A DNA stretch of 32,000 bases, from assembly GCA_963704435.1 (NCBI GenBank), contig OY969902.1, positions 540,001 through 572,000 on the forward strand. The letters run 5' to 3'. The stretch comes from an uncultured archaeon. Its GTDB lineage: Archaea; Micrarchaeota; Micrarchaeia; Micrarchaeales; CABMGC01. Below the pieces are notes generated by a model. It was not told where the DNA came from. It made no database searches and saw only the letters and a list, made by a program, of their open reading frames with translations. Of this stretch, positions 15,493 through 25,790 are shown piece after piece. The number at the start of each line of letters is the position of its first letter. Position 1 is the stretch's first letter. The position numbers and the translations under genes are program-made.

Positions 15493-18261
15493 ATGTCCTC
15501 CGACCCATATGAGATATTCCTGGGCAGGTATGGGAGCTTTACCGCAATACAGACCGCGGCGTTCAGCGCCATAGAAGGAGGCGAGAACTGCATAATCCTT
15601 GCGCCGACAGGAAGCGGTAAGACCGAGGCTGCGATACTCCCCATCTTCAAGAGAATAATGGAGGATCACGGCGGCGCTGGGATACGCGCGATATACGTCA
15701 CGCCGCTCAGGGCGCTGAACCGGGACCTGATGAAGCGGCTCGACGGCATGTCCAAGGAGCTTGGGATAAGCGTCGCCGTGAGGCACGGCGACACGACCGC
15801 AAGCGAGAGGCAGAAGCAGGCCGCCCACCCTCCCCAAGTGCTCATAACCACTCCGGAGACGCTGCAGAATCTCTTCCTCTCACAGAGGCTCAGGAATTCG
15901 CTTTCGAACGTGATTGCTGTGATCGTCGACGAGCTGCACGAGCTCTACTCGAACAAGAGGGGCGCGCAATTGGCGGTCGCGCTGGAGAGGCTGGGCGCGG
16001 TGGCGGGGGAGTACCAGCGTATAGGGATAAGCGCGACCATCGGGGACCCGGAAGAGGCCAAGAGGTTCCTTTTCGGGCACAGGAAAGGCAGGGCCATAGG
16101 CGCGGGCGCTGCGAAGGAGATACGCGTAGATGTGGAGATGCCGCTCATCCCCTCGACGGAGCGCAGGGAGTTCAGGGAGAAGTTCGACCTCGACCTTCCC
16201 ACGCTCGCCAGGCTGGAGAGGATCGCGGACATCGTCCGCCAGTCCGACTCCATACTAGTATTCGCCAACACCCGACAGGTTGTCGAGTCCCTGGGGAGCA
16301 AGCTGCTCTACCTGAACCGGATCAGCCCGTTCGGAAGCATAGGGATACATCACGGATCGCTCGACGTGAAAGAGCGCGTTGAGGTGGAGAACGCCTTCAA
16401 GGAGGGGAGGGTGAAAGGCATAATCGCCACGAGCTCGCTGGAGCTGGGCATAGACATCGGGAGCATCAACATGGTCCTGCAGTACGGCTCACCGAGGCAG
16501 GTTGCAAGGCTAGTCCAGAGGGTCGGCAGGGGAGGGCACAGGGAGCGCGAGACGTCGTACGGGAAGATAATCGTAGGCAACTACATCGACGCCTTGGAAT
16601 CACTCGCGATAATAGGCCAGATGGGCAGGGGCTCGATGGAGAAGCACGGAATGGAAGAGCTCGCGATGGACGTCCTGGCGAACCAGATATGCGGCATGGC
16701 GCTGGAGTACAAGAAAATAGGTGAGGATGCGCTTTACCGCATAATCCATGGCGCCGCTCCGTACAAGAACCTGGCGAAGAAAGATTTTGAAAAACTCCTC
16801 AGCTTCCTCGCGGAAGAGAGGCTCGTCAGGATAAAGGACGGCTACGTCGGGATAGGTTCACGCTGCAGGGAATACTTCTTCTCCAACATAAGCGTGATAC
16901 CCGACACCGTGCGCTTCTTCGTGCGGGACGCCGCAAGCAACAGGACAATTTCCTCGCTCGACGAGAAGTTCGTCTCGAACTACCTGGATGAGGGGACGGT
17001 GTTCATAACCAAGGGCCTCCCGTGGAGAGTAATCAGCATGGAGGAAGGATCTGTGTTCGTGGAGCCCAGTGCGGAGTTCGAGGCTGCCATACCTGACTGG
17101 GAAGGAGAGGACATACCCGTGTCACAGGATACGGCCCGCGGCGCGTTCGAGCTAATAGGCAGAGGGGTCGCGGGATATTACGGGGTGCTGGACGGCAGCC
17201 TGCGCAAGGAGCTGGAATCATTCATCTCCGCCCAGAGGAAGCGCTTCCTCCCCGCAGGCGGGGACATCGTCGTAGAGGAGCTTGACGACTACGCCATAAT
17301 CTACGCTGCGCTTGGCAAGCTAGCGAACGAGTTCGTCGCCAAGCTCATCGGCAACGTCGCTTCGCAGCTCTCGGGCTCTAGGCTGATGACAAAGGCGACG
17401 CCCTATGCGATAATAGTCGACTACAGCGGAGCCAGGAAGAAGCCAGACATAAAGCGCGTGCTCGACACTATCAAGAACTACTCCGCTGAAAGCGTGCTCG
17501 GGCGCGATGGCGCAATCATAAGCACGGAGCTCTTCAGGTACAAGTTCATACGGGTCTGCAAGCTTTTCGGGGTGGTATCGAAGAAGGCAGTGATTACGAA
17601 GCACGACGCAGACAGGCTCATCAGATTCTACAAGGATTCTCCCATATTCGATGAGGCCCTGAGGGACTTGAAGAAGAATAACATCGATGCAGAAACGGGC
17701 ATGCGGTTCCTGGGCGAAATCAGGAAAGGCGCGGTAGGAATAAGTGTGTTGGAGGGAAGCCTGTCACCGCTCGGCAATGAGATACTGAAGGCCTCGTACA
17801 GCTACAGGGAGCTATTGCTGCCAGCGCTGCCTGACGACGCCACAATCAAGGAGTTCGGGGACAAGATCGGCGCCAAGAGGATGGAGCTCCTCTGCACTTT
17901 CTGCAGTCTTGACTTCTTCAGAAACATTGACATCGAGTCCAAGGAGGGAGTCGCGTGCCCCCGCTGCTCAAGCCCGATGGTGTGCATTTATGGGGAAGAG
18001 AAGGCGACCGCCGTGGAGAAGAGGGCTTCCAACAAGGCGCTTGCAGAGAAGGAGAGGGGCACATATAGGGAGGCGCTAAAGGAAGCGAGCCTGGTGGAGG
18101 CTTATGGAAACAGGGCACTGGCGGCCCTCTCCACCTACGGGATAGGGCCGGCGACCGCGGCACGGGTGTTGCGGCTATTGCGCAAGGACAAGAGGCAGTT
18201 CCTGATAGACCTCCTGGAAGCGCAGAAGACCTTCATAAAGACAAAGAAATACTGGAAATAG
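15493..18261 (+). CDS. lhr: Lhr-family DExH-box ATP-dependent helicase with C-terminal zinc ribbon
   Basis: 922 aa. Motif I APTGSGKTEAA, motif II VDELHE, motif III-like ISATIG, motif VI QRVGRGGHR. C-terminal CTFC...CPRCSS. Starts 3 nt after the upstream stop. Confidence 0.8.
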   Translation: MSSDPYEIFLGRYGSFTAIQTAAFSAIEGGENCIILAPTGSGKTEAAILPIFKRIMEDHGGAGIRAIYVTPLRALNRDLMKRLDGMSKELGISVAVRHGDTTASERQKQAAHPPQVLITTPETLQNLFLSQRLRNSLSNVIAVIVDELHELYSNKRGAQLAVALERLGAVAGEYQRIGISATIGDPEEAKRFLFGHRKGRAIGAGAAKEIRVDVEMPLIPSTERREFREKFDLDLPTLARLERIADIVRQSDSILVFANTRQVVESLGSKLLYLNRISPFGSIGIHHGSLDVKERVEVENAFKEGRVKGIIATSSLELGIDIGSINMVLQYGSPRQVARLVQRVGRGGHRERETSYGKIIVGNYIDALESLAIIGQMGRGSMEKHGMEELAMDVLANQICGMALEYKKIGEDALYRIIHGAAPYKNLAKKDFEKLLSFLAEERLVRIKDGYVGIGSRCREYFFSNISVIPDTVRFFVRDAASNRTISSLDEKFVSNYLDEGTVFITKGLPWRVISMEEGSVFVEPSAEFEAAIPDWEGEDIPVSQDTARGAFELIGRGVAGYYGVLDGSLRKELESFISAQRKRFLPAGGDIVVEELDDYAIIYAALGKLANEFVAKLIGNVASQLSGSRLMTKATPYAIIVDYSGARKKPDIKRVLDTIKNYSAESVLGRDGAIISTELFRYKFIRVCKLFGVVSKKAVITKHDADRLIRFYKDSPIFDEALRDLKKNNIDAETGMRFLGEIRKGAVGISVLEGSLSPLGNEILKASYSYRELLLPALPDDATIKEFGDKIGAKRMELLCTFCSLDFFRNIDIESKEGVACPRCSSPMVCIYGEEKATAVEKRASNKALAEKERGTYREALKEASLVEAYGNRALAALSTYGIGPATAARVLRLLRKDKRQFLIDLLEAQKTFIKTKKYWK

Positions 18262-18264
18262 CCT

Positions 18265-19557
18265 CTATTCGGTCTCACCGGTCTTGGGCGTCCTCGACCA
18301 AGAGCCGCGCTTGAAAAGCAGGCCTTTCACGCTGCTGAAGGCTATGAACGGGGTGAGCAACAGGCTCACGAATACAAATGGAATAAATCGGTAGAACTTT
18401 CCCATCTTTTTGTCCCTGTAGAGGCCTGCCAGAGCCGCAAAAACAAACACCAGCGACAGATATACGGGCGCGGCGTACATCAGAAAACTGCCTAGCGCGC
18501 CGAGGCCGAGTATCAGGCCGCTGTCGACGCCCAAGACAATCAGGATGCGGTTCGATATTAGAAACGCCAGGAAGCTCAGGGCATACGTAATCGTTCCGAG
18601 TATGCAGTTGAAGTAGCTGAATCCGTAGAAAGCGTAGTCGAACTTCTCCATCTTCGTAGGATTTTTGCTCGAGAGCATCCTCAACAGATGGTTCTTCGTG
18701 TCGCGCGTTATCCCCTCGGCCCAGCGCATCTGCTGGCGGACCACGCTCCTGAAAGTGCTGGGACATTCCGCTGGCACGCGGATGCTCTCGTCGAATACGA
18801 CCTTGTGCCCTGTTTCGGCCATCCTGCTGGCCAGTTCCCAGTCCTCGGTTATCGAGGATTCGTTGAATCCGCCGAGCTCGTCGAGCACGCGCAGTTTCAC
18901 CATGAATGCGCTGCCGCAGACCGGGAGGAACCCTTTGAGCCTCCGCCTCATCGGCAGATCCACAAGATAGTAATACGAGAAGGATGTACTGATGCTCATC
19001 GTGAATAGGTTCTTCGAAGAGTTCAATGACGGTTCCGGATATCCTTGAACGGCATCAACGCCCTTGTCCACAAAGCGATCCAAGAATTTCCAAATTATGT
19101 CGGGCTGAGGAATGTAGTCCGCATCAAAAATGAGCAGATATTCGCTGCGCTTGTCGCAATGCCGCAGGGCATTGTTCATCGCACCTGCCTTGAAGCCCTT
19201 ACGCGAGCCCCTGTGGATTATAGACACTCTTGGATCTTTGTTCCAGCGTTCCAGGCGTCCGATTGCCTTCGGGTCGGTGGAATCGTCAGCAACCAAAATC
19301 TCATAGTGGGGGTAGTCCAGCTTGGTCGCAGCCCCAAGCAGACGGTCTATCACTTTCTCTTCGTTGTACATGGGCAGCATTACCGTGACAAACGGAGGCC
19401 TTCCTCTCCATTTTCTCTTGAAGGTTGCTGCGCGCTCTGCCCTGCCGAAGGCTATGCTGAAAAAGGAATTGAAATAGACCCTGGTGATGCACAGGGTAAT
19501 GACGACTGTCGCGAACACCCATACGGCGGTCTCCACTACAAAAGCATCAAACAGCAT
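18265..19557 (-). CDS. membrane-embedded family 2 glycosyltransferase, processive (QxxRW) type
   Basis: 430 aa with an N-terminal TM and a GT-A core (VTVMLPMYNEE, VADDSTD, FDADY). Contains a QQMRWAEG (QxxRW) motif followed by several C-terminal TM helices, as in cellulose/chitin/hyaluronan-synthase-like enzymes. Confidence 0.8.
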   Translation of the reverse strand: MLFDAFVVETAVWVFATVVITLCITRVYFNSFFSIAFGRAERAATFKRKWRGRPPFVTVMLPMYNEEKVIDRLLGAATKLDYPHYEILVADDSTDPKAIGRLERWNKDPRVSIIHRGSRKGFKAGAMNNALRHCDKRSEYLLIFDADYIPQPDIIWKFLDRFVDKGVDAVQGYPEPSLNSSKNLFTMSISTSFSYYYLVDLPMRRRLKGFLPVCGSAFMVKLRVLDELGGFNESSITEDWELASRMAETGHKVVFDESIRVPAECPSTFRSVVRQQMRWAEGITRDTKNHLLRMLSSKNPTKMEKFDYAFYGFSYFNCILGTITYALSFLAFLISNRILIVLGVDSGLILGLGALGSFLMYAAPVYLSLVFVFAALAGLYRDKKMGKFYRFIPFVFVSLLLTPFIAFSSVKGLLFKRGSWSRTPKTGETE

Positions 19558-19622
19558 GATATCGGTTGAAATTTGGCTAATATAAGGTTTTTGAAGCCCG
19601 CTTAGGCAAACCGCGCTGCGTT

Positions 19623-22070
19623 TTAGCTGGATATGACGGAAGTCGCCGACGAATCAAGGTTCTGCGGCTGCTCCTCCAGCACCTTGGCGTCTATTACCTT
19701 CACGCCGGGCGCAAGCTTCATCAGCCGGACCCCGCTGGCGGCTCTGCCGGTTATCCTTATCGAAGAGATGGGAATCGTTATGCTCACTCCGGAAGAGTTC
19801 ATCAGAAGTAGCGTCTTCGACGTGCCGGTAACCAGAAGCGATTTCGCTACAGGTCCTGTCTTCTCGTTCACCTTGAGGTTTATCGTGCCTCCGCCGCCCC
19901 TGCTCTGCATGCGGTATTTCCCTATCTCGGTTATCTTCCCATAGCCCTTTTCAGATATGGTGAGGAGACTGTCCTGACCGCTCGCGCAGATTACGTTCCA
20001 TGCCACGTCGCCGCCGGCCAGCCTTATGCCGCGGACACCTGCAGCTGACCTCCCTACGGGCCTTACCGTGGCCTCCTTGAACTTTATGGCCTTGCCTTTT
20101 GCCGTGGTCACGACCGCGAATTCCTCATTCTTGTATACCGCTGCGGCAGCTATCGAGTCTCCCTGGTTGAGCGTTATGGCCCTCACGCCTGTAGACCTCG
20201 GCTTGGAGAACAGAGCTGCGTTCGTCTTCTTGACCAGGCCCTTGCTGGTAAGGAAAAGTATCTTTGAGTTGGCGAAGTCCTTTATGTTGAACATCGTGAC
20301 TACTTTCTCCTTCTCGAGGTTGAGCAGGTTGGCGACTGACCTTCCCTCAGAGTACCTGGAACCCTCGGGCACGTTATACGCCTTCAGCCAGTACATCCTT
20401 CCCTGGTCCGTGACGAGCAGCACGAAGTCCTTATTCCTTGCGATTATCATGCGCTTTACGAAGTCTCCCTCCTTGAGGTTCATAGCGATTATTCCCTTAC
20501 CGCCCCTCTCCTGCTCCTTGTAGCTGGCGACACCAAGCCTTTTTATGTAGCCCGAATTAGTGAGTATTATGGTCACCGAATCGTCGCTTATGAGGTCCTC
20601 GTCCTCTATGCCAGCGAATTCGTCGACGAACTGGATCTCCGTCCTTCGCGGCCTGGCGTACTTCTTTCTTATCTCGAGCGTCTCGGACTTCACTATGCCG
20701 TCGACCTTCGCCGGATCGGCGAGTATTCCGGAGTAGTGCTCTATCTTCCTATCGAGCTCCGCCTTCTCCTTGTTCAACGAATCGTTCTCCAGCCGCGTTA
20801 TCCTGCTGAGCTTCATGTCCAATATCGCATTGGCCTGCTTCTCCGTAAGGCCAAACCCGGACATCAGGCCTTTCCTTGCCTCGGAGATCTCGGCGCTCTC
20901 CTTTATCGTCTTGATTATCGCGTCGATGCTCTTGATCGCGATGAGCAATCCATCGACCAGGTGGAGACGGTCCTTAGCGACGTTGAGCTCGTACGTGCTC
21001 CTCCTTGTAATCACGTCTCTCCTGTGCGCTATGAATGCGGATAGCAGCTGGAGGACGTTCATGCTCTTGAGCGTCTTACCGTAAACTGCCAGGCAGTTTA
21101 TCGGGAACGTGACCTCCAGCTGAGTGTGCTTGAATAGTTGGTTCAGTACCTGCTGCGGATTCACACCGTCCTTCAGTTCGATTACGACGCTGGTGCCGTG
21201 CCTGTCGCTCTCGTCCCTTATGTCCCTTATCCCGATTATCTTCTTGTCACGCGCAAGGTGCGCGACATTCTCGACGAAGGATGCCTTGTTGACGTTGTAC
21301 GGCATTTCGGTTATGAGTATCCTGTTCTTCTTCTCGTCTACGCTCGTCTTCGCCTTTATGTGAAGCTGGCCCTTGCCGAACTTGTAGCCATTAATCGCGT
21401 TCCCAGACATGATTGCGATTCCGCCGGTCGGGAAGTCAGGCCCTTTGATTATGTTGAGAAGATCGTCAACAGTGGCATCCTTATGCTCGAGGAGATATGC
21501 TGTCGCGTCGCAGATTTCTCCGAGGTTGTGCGGTGGCACGCTCGTCGCGACACCGACGGCTATGCCTGCGGCCCCATTGACTAGCAGGTTAGGGAAAGCA
21601 GACGGGAGGAGCTCCGGCTCCTTCTCCGTGTTGTCGAAGTTGGGCATGAAATTTACTGTCTCCTTGTCAAGGTCATTGAGCAGCTCTTCCGCCATTTTCG
21701 TTAGTCTGACCTCCGTGTAACGCATGGCGGCGGGAGGATCCCCGTCGACTGATCCGAAGTTGCCTTGGCCCTCCACGAGCAGATGGTTCATCGCGAAGTC
21801 CTGCGCCATTCTGACCATCGTATCGTAGATTGCCGCGTCCCCGTGGGGGTGGAACTTGCCCATCACTTCTCCAACTATCTTCGCGCTCTTCTTGGTCGGC
21901 TGGCTGTGGACATTGTTGATGTTGTACATGCCGTAGAGTATCCTGCGCTGGACCGGCTTCAGCCCGTCCCTGACGTCGGGTATGGCCCTGCTGATGATTA
22001 CGCTCATCGCGTAGTCGATGTAGCTCGACTGCAGCTCCTCCTCCAGTTTTACTATGTTGACTTTCGACAC
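19623..22070 (-). CDS. gyrA: DNA gyrase subunit A
   Basis: 815 aa. N-terminal [46 protein letters not shown], and the active-site Tyr context [10 protein letters not shown]. The C-terminal region has beta-pinwheel-like repeats. Confidence 0.95.
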   Translation of the reverse strand: MSKVNIVKLEEELQSSYIDYAMSVIISRAIPDVRDGLKPVQRRILYGMYNINNVHSQPTKKSAKIVGEVMGKFHPHGDAAIYDTMVRMAQDFAMNHLLVEGQGNFGSVDGDPPAAMRYTEVRLTKMAEELLNDLDKETVNFMPNFDNTEKEPELLPSAFPNLLVNGAAGIAVGVATSVPPHNLGEICDATAYLLEHKDATVDDLLNIIKGPDFPTGGIAIMSGNAINGYKFGKGQLHIKAKTSVDEKKNRILITEMPYNVNKASFVENVAHLARDKKIIGIRDIRDESDRHGTSVVIELKDGVNPQQVLNQLFKHTQLEVTFPINCLAVYGKTLKSMNVLQLLSAFIAHRRDVITRRSTYELNVAKDRLHLVDGLLIAIKSIDAIIKTIKESAEISEARKGLMSGFGLTEKQANAILDMKLSRITRLENDSLNKEKAELDRKIEHYSGILADPAKVDGIVKSETLEIRKKYARPRRTEIQFVDEFAGIEDEDLISDDSVTIILTNSGYIKRLGVASYKEQERGGKGIIAMNLKEGDFVKRMIIARNKDFVLLVTDQGRMYWLKAYNVPEGSRYSEGRSVANLLNLEKEKVVTMFNIKDFANSKILFLTSKGLVKKTNAALFSKPRSTGVRAITLNQGDSIAAAAVYKNEEFAVVTTAKGKAIKFKEATVRPVGRSAAGVRGIRLAGGDVAWNVICASGQDSLLTISEKGYGKITEIGKYRMQSRGGGGTINLKVNEKTGPVAKSLLVTGTSKTLLLMNSSGVSITIPISSIRITGRAASGVRLMKLAPGVKVIDAKVLEEQPQNLDSSATSVISS

Positions 22071-22079
22071 TAGACCACG

Positions 22080-23993
22080 CTACACGTCCAGAAACTTCAC
22101 GTCGCCGGCATGCTCCTCCAGGAACTTCCTGCGCGGCGCGACGTCCATTCCCATCAATATCGTGAAAAGGTTGTTGGCTTTCTCCGCGTCGGATATCATT
22201 ATCTGCTTGAGAACCCTCTTCTCGGGTGACATGGTCGTCTCCCAAAGCTGTTCAGGGTTCATCTCTCCGAGACCCTTGTACCTCTGCACCTCGAGCTTCC
22301 CGCCAAACTTTGCCCTGATGGCCTCAAGCTCATCGTCACTATAGCAATAGGACACCTCCTTTCCTGCAGTCGCCTTGTATAGCGGGGGCTGCGCCGCGTA
22401 TACGTAGCCGAGCTCTATGAGGCGCTTCATATACCGGTAGAAGAACGTCAGCAGCAGCGTCCTGATGTGGCTTCCGTCGACGTCCGCGTCGCTCATTATG
22501 ATTATCTTGTGGTACCTTGCCTTCTCTGCGTTGAAGTTCTCCCGTATCCCGGTGCCTAGCGCAGTGATGAGCGTGTTAAGCTCGATGTTGTCGAAGATCT
22601 TCTCGTCGCTCGCCTTCTCGACGTTCAGTATCTTTCCCTTGAGCGGAAGTATCGCCTGGATGTTCTTGTCCCTTCCCTGCTTGCTGGACCCGCCTGCGCT
22701 TTCGCCCTCCACGATGAATATCTCCGCCTTCTCAGGGTCGTCCAGTATGCAGTCCGAGAGCTTCCCGGGCAGCACTGCGCTCTCGAATGCGCTCCTCTTC
22801 CGGGCCAGCTCCCTCGCCTTCCTTGCGCTCTCCCTGGCATTCATCGCGTTCATCGTCTTCTCCACGATGCGTCGCGCATCCGCAGGATGCTCCTCGAGGT
22901 ACCGAGACAGCGCAGAATAGACCGCGGTCTCGACAATGCTCTTCATTTCGGTATTTCCGAGCTTCTCCTTCGTCTGACCCTCGAACTCGGGATTCTGCAT
23001 CATCACCTCGAGGACTGTGGTCAGCCCCTCGCGGGTATCCTCACCAGTTATCTTCGGTCCGTTGGTGTTGTTCTTGCTGTTCTTTGAGATGTAATTGAGT
23101 ATTGCCCTTGTGAGCCCTGAACGGAAACCTACCACGTGAGTGCCGCCTCCGTTCGTCTTTATGTTGTTAACGAAGGACTCCATCCTTTCGTCGTAAGAAC
23201 CGGTATATTGTAGTGCGAAGTCGATTACCACGGCGCCTTCCTGCTTCCTTGTGTGCAGGATGTTCCCTATGGTCTGCTGGTCCCTGTTTATGTAGGCCAC
23301 GAAGTCCTCAATCCCTTTTTCCGAGAAGAACAGGGTTTCTTCATGGCTGTTGAACCTGTCGTCCACGAGCTTTATGCGGAGACCGGGAATGAGGAAGGTC
23401 GTGTACCTGATCCTCTCCTTCAGTGAAATCGAATCAAAAGCTGGAGAAGGAAATATCTCCGGGTCTGGCTTGAACTTCAGGGTCGTCCCCGCCCCTGCGC
23501 TATCGCCAACGACCTTGAGCTCGGACGTTGGAAGGCCCTTCGAGAAGGACTGGAAATACTCCTTGCCTCCCTTCCTGACCCTGACCTCTGAAAACTCGGA
23601 CAGCGCATTTACGACGGTGAGGCCCACCCCGTGGAGCCCGCCTGACACCTTGTAGACATCGTTCTCGAACTTCGCGCCCTTGTGGAGCGTCGTCATTATT
23701 ACCTCAAGCGCGCTCTTTCCGTACTTGGGCATGATGTCGATGGGTATTCCCCTACCGTTGTCGCTGACTTCCGCTATGTCCCCCGTCTCAGCCTGCGTGA
23801 GCCTGATCTCTACGTCTTTGGCGTATCCTGCGAGCGCCTCGTCTACAGAATTGTCCAGGACTTCGAATAGCAGGTGGAGCACACCCGCGCTGCCGGTGGA
23901 GCCTATGTACATGGCAGGCCTTTTCCTCACTCCCTGCGCGCCTTCCAGTACGATTATCTTTGATGCGTTATACTCGTCTGCCACTCCCACCAT
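22080..23993 (-). CDS. gyrB: DNA gyrase subunit B
   Basis: 637 aa. GHKL ATPase motifs (LHLLFEVLDNSVDEA, DNGRGIP, GGLHGVG), Toprim motifs EGESAGGS and PLKGKILNVEKA, and IMSDADVDGSHI. It ends 9 nt upstream of gyrA. Confidence 0.95.
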   Translation of the reverse strand: MVGVADEYNASKIIVLEGAQGVRKRPAMYIGSTGSAGVLHLLFEVLDNSVDEALAGYAKDVEIRLTQAETGDIAEVSDNGRGIPIDIMPKYGKSALEVIMTTLHKGAKFENDVYKVSGGLHGVGLTVVNALSEFSEVRVRKGGKEYFQSFSKGLPTSELKVVGDSAGAGTTLKFKPDPEIFPSPAFDSISLKERIRYTTFLIPGLRIKLVDDRFNSHEETLFFSEKGIEDFVAYINRDQQTIGNILHTRKQEGAVVIDFALQYTGSYDERMESFVNNIKTNGGGTHVVGFRSGLTRAILNYISKNSKNNTNGPKITGEDTREGLTTVLEVMMQNPEFEGQTKEKLGNTEMKSIVETAVYSALSRYLEEHPADARRIVEKTMNAMNARESARKARELARKRSAFESAVLPGKLSDCILDDPEKAEIFIVEGESAGGSSKQGRDKNIQAILPLKGKILNVEKASDEKIFDNIELNTLITALGTGIRENFNAEKARYHKIIIMSDADVDGSHIRTLLLTFFYRYMKRLIELGYVYAAQPPLYKATAGKEVSYCYSDDELEAIRAKFGGKLEVQRYKGLGEMNPEQLWETTMSPEKRVLKQIMISDAEKANNLFTILMGMDVAPRRKFLEEHAGDVKFLDV

Positions 23994-24189
23994 AGAAATC
24001 TGGCCGCCTAATTTAGTATTATGTGCGATTCAATCCTTATAAACCTTTTGAGGCACTTTTACCGTCGAAAATCACGTCTGGGTAATGCGCGATCTTGCGG
24101 TTGGGCGGCAGTAGTGGCGACGGCGTTTTCCGGAGCGCGCGTGGTAGTCGGAATTATTATGTTTACGCTGCACATTTTGTTGCGATCTT

Positions 24190-25509
24190 ATGGGAAAAAC
24201 GGTCATAATAATCGGCGCCGCGGGAAGGGACTTCCATGTGTTCAACACACTCTTCAGGGACAGCGATGGGTATGATGTCGTCGCGTTCACCGCCGCGCAG
24301 ATACCTTTCATATCCGACAGAAGATACCCGAAGGAGCTGAGCGGAAAGCGCTACCCGAAAGGGATAGCTATCTATGACGAGTCGGAGCTGCCTCTCCTGA
24401 TCAAAAAGCTGCACGTTGATGAGTGCGTGCTGGCGTACAGCGACCTCAACTACGTCGATGTGATGCACAAGGCGAGCCTAGTGAATGCATGCGGCGCCGA
24501 TTTCTGGCTGATTGCGCCAGAAAGGACCATGCTGAATTCGAAAAAGCCGGTCATAGCCGTGTGTGGAGTAAGGACAGGGGTGGGCAAGAGCCCGACCAGC
24601 AGGTATGTCGCGAAGCTTCTCAGGAGCCTTGGCGCAAAGGCCATCATAATAAGGCACCCCATGCCCTACGGGGACCTGAAGAAGGAGGCCGTTGAGAGAT
24701 ACGCGACCATGAAGGACCTCGATAAGTACAAGGCCACGATAGAGGAGAGGGAGGAATACGAGCCCCACATAGGCAACAGGTTCGTCGTATACGCGGGAGT
24801 CGACTACAAGAGAATCCTTGACGCGGCGCAGAAGGAGGGGGATGTGGTGCTCTGGGACGGTGGGAACAACGACACGCCGTTCGTAAAGCCGGATCTTATG
24901 ATAACCATCGCGGACCCGCTGCGCGCCGGGAACGAACTTAACTATTATCCAGGGGAGACCGCTGCGAGGATGGCGGACATCCTAATAATAAACAAGGTGA
25001 ACTCTGCTTCGAAGGAGAACGTCAAGAGGGTGCGCGACGACCTGAAGAAGATAAATCCAAAGGCCAAGATAATCCTGACCGAATCCGTCGTCTCTGTCGA
25101 CAATGAGAGCATAATAAAGGGGAAGAGGGTACTGCTTGTCGAGGACGGCCCCACAATAACCCACGGCAACATGCAGTTCGGGGCGGCGACGGTCGCAGCC
25201 AAGAAGTTCGGCGCTGGGAAGATCGTGAGCGCGAGGAAGTATGCCGTGGGCACCGTGCGAGAGACTTTCGAAAAGTACAGCAGCCTGGACAGGGAGCTGC
25301 CGGCGATGGGTTACAGCGCAAAACAGATAAAGGACCTCGAGGCAACAATAAATAGGGCGGATTGCGACATCGTCATCTCGGCGACTCCAACCAACCTCAG
25401 GCATCTGATAAACGCAAACAAGCCCATGGTACAGGTCTCGTACGAGATACGCCCTTTGGGCGGGGGCCTGGACGAAGAGATTAAGAAGTTCGTCAAACAA
25501 AGACTATGA
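24190..25509 (+). CDS. COG2403-type P-loop protein (cyclic 2,3-diphosphoglycerate synthetase-like / predicted GTPase)
   Basis: 439 aa. N-terminal Rossmann-like VIIIGAAGRDFHVFN and an internal P-loop GVRTGVGKS. The overall layout matches my memory of the cDPG-synthetase/COG2403 family. The specific activity is not established. Confidence 0.5.
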   Translation: MGKTVIIIGAAGRDFHVFNTLFRDSDGYDVVAFTAAQIPFISDRRYPKELSGKRYPKGIAIYDESELPLLIKKLHVDECVLAYSDLNYVDVMHKASLVNACGADFWLIAPERTMLNSKKPVIAVCGVRTGVGKSPTSRYVAKLLRSLGAKAIIIRHPMPYGDLKKEAVERYATMKDLDKYKATIEEREEYEPHIGNRFVVYAGVDYKRILDAAQKEGDVVLWDGGNNDTPFVKPDLMITIADPLRAGNELNYYPGETAARMADILIINKVNSASKENVKRVRDDLKKINPKAKIILTESVVSVDNESIIKGKRVLLVEDGPTITHGNMQFGAATVAAKKFGAGKIVSARKYAVGTVRETFEKYSSLDRELPAMGYSAKQIKDLEATINRADCDIVISATPTNLRHLINANKPMVQVSYEIRPLGGGLDEEIKKFVKQRL

Positions 25510-25520
25510 TGCCGCGCGAC

Positions 25521-25595
25521 GGGCCCGTAACTCAGCTTGGTCAGAGTGGCTGGCTCTTAACCAGCAAGCCGTGGGTTCAAATCCCACCGGGCCCG
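25521..25595 (+). tRNA. tRNA-Lys(CTT), intronless
   Basis: Same scaffold as the tRNA-Lys at 8823. Anticodon arm GCTGG-CTCTTAA-CCAGC, T arm GTGGG-TTCAAAT-CCCAC, acceptor GGGCCCG/CGGGCCC, discriminator G. Confidence 0.9.
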
Positions 25596-25761
25596 CGCGG
25601 TTCAGTTCCTGAATAAACGGGGTTTGCTGACTTGTCTTGAGGTCAGTAAACCATAGAATTGTTTATATACCACGAGGCGCATAAATAACTACAGCGACGC
25701 TGCGCATGAGGCTGCGCGGCAGGACAGGCTTTCTGGCAAAAAGCTTATCTAGCAGATTGTG

Positions 25762-25772
25762 TTTACAATATA
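25762..25772 (+). promoter_or_regulatory. TATA-like box positioned for a leaderless tfe transcript
   Basis: tttacaatata is centred about 24 nt upstream of ATG 25791. Confidence 0.45.
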
Positions 25773-25790
25773 CGCTGCTTGGTGTGATGG

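Noticed and set aside
19633-24042. Many 60-190-aa ORFs on the plus strand, and in alternate minus frames, inside gyrA and gyrB (for example 21673..22245, 22465..22920, 23680..24042)
   Set aside because: These are shadow frames of the gyrase genes with no independent motif, start context or spacing.
24000-24189. Structured RNA or riboswitch in the 190-nt divergent spacer between gyrB and the COG2403 gene (GC-rich stretch 24075-24165 downstream of ccttataaacc)
   Set aside because: I could not fold a convincing conserved structure by eye or match any known RNA family. It may simply be a long leader. It needs Rfam or RNA-seq before any claim.
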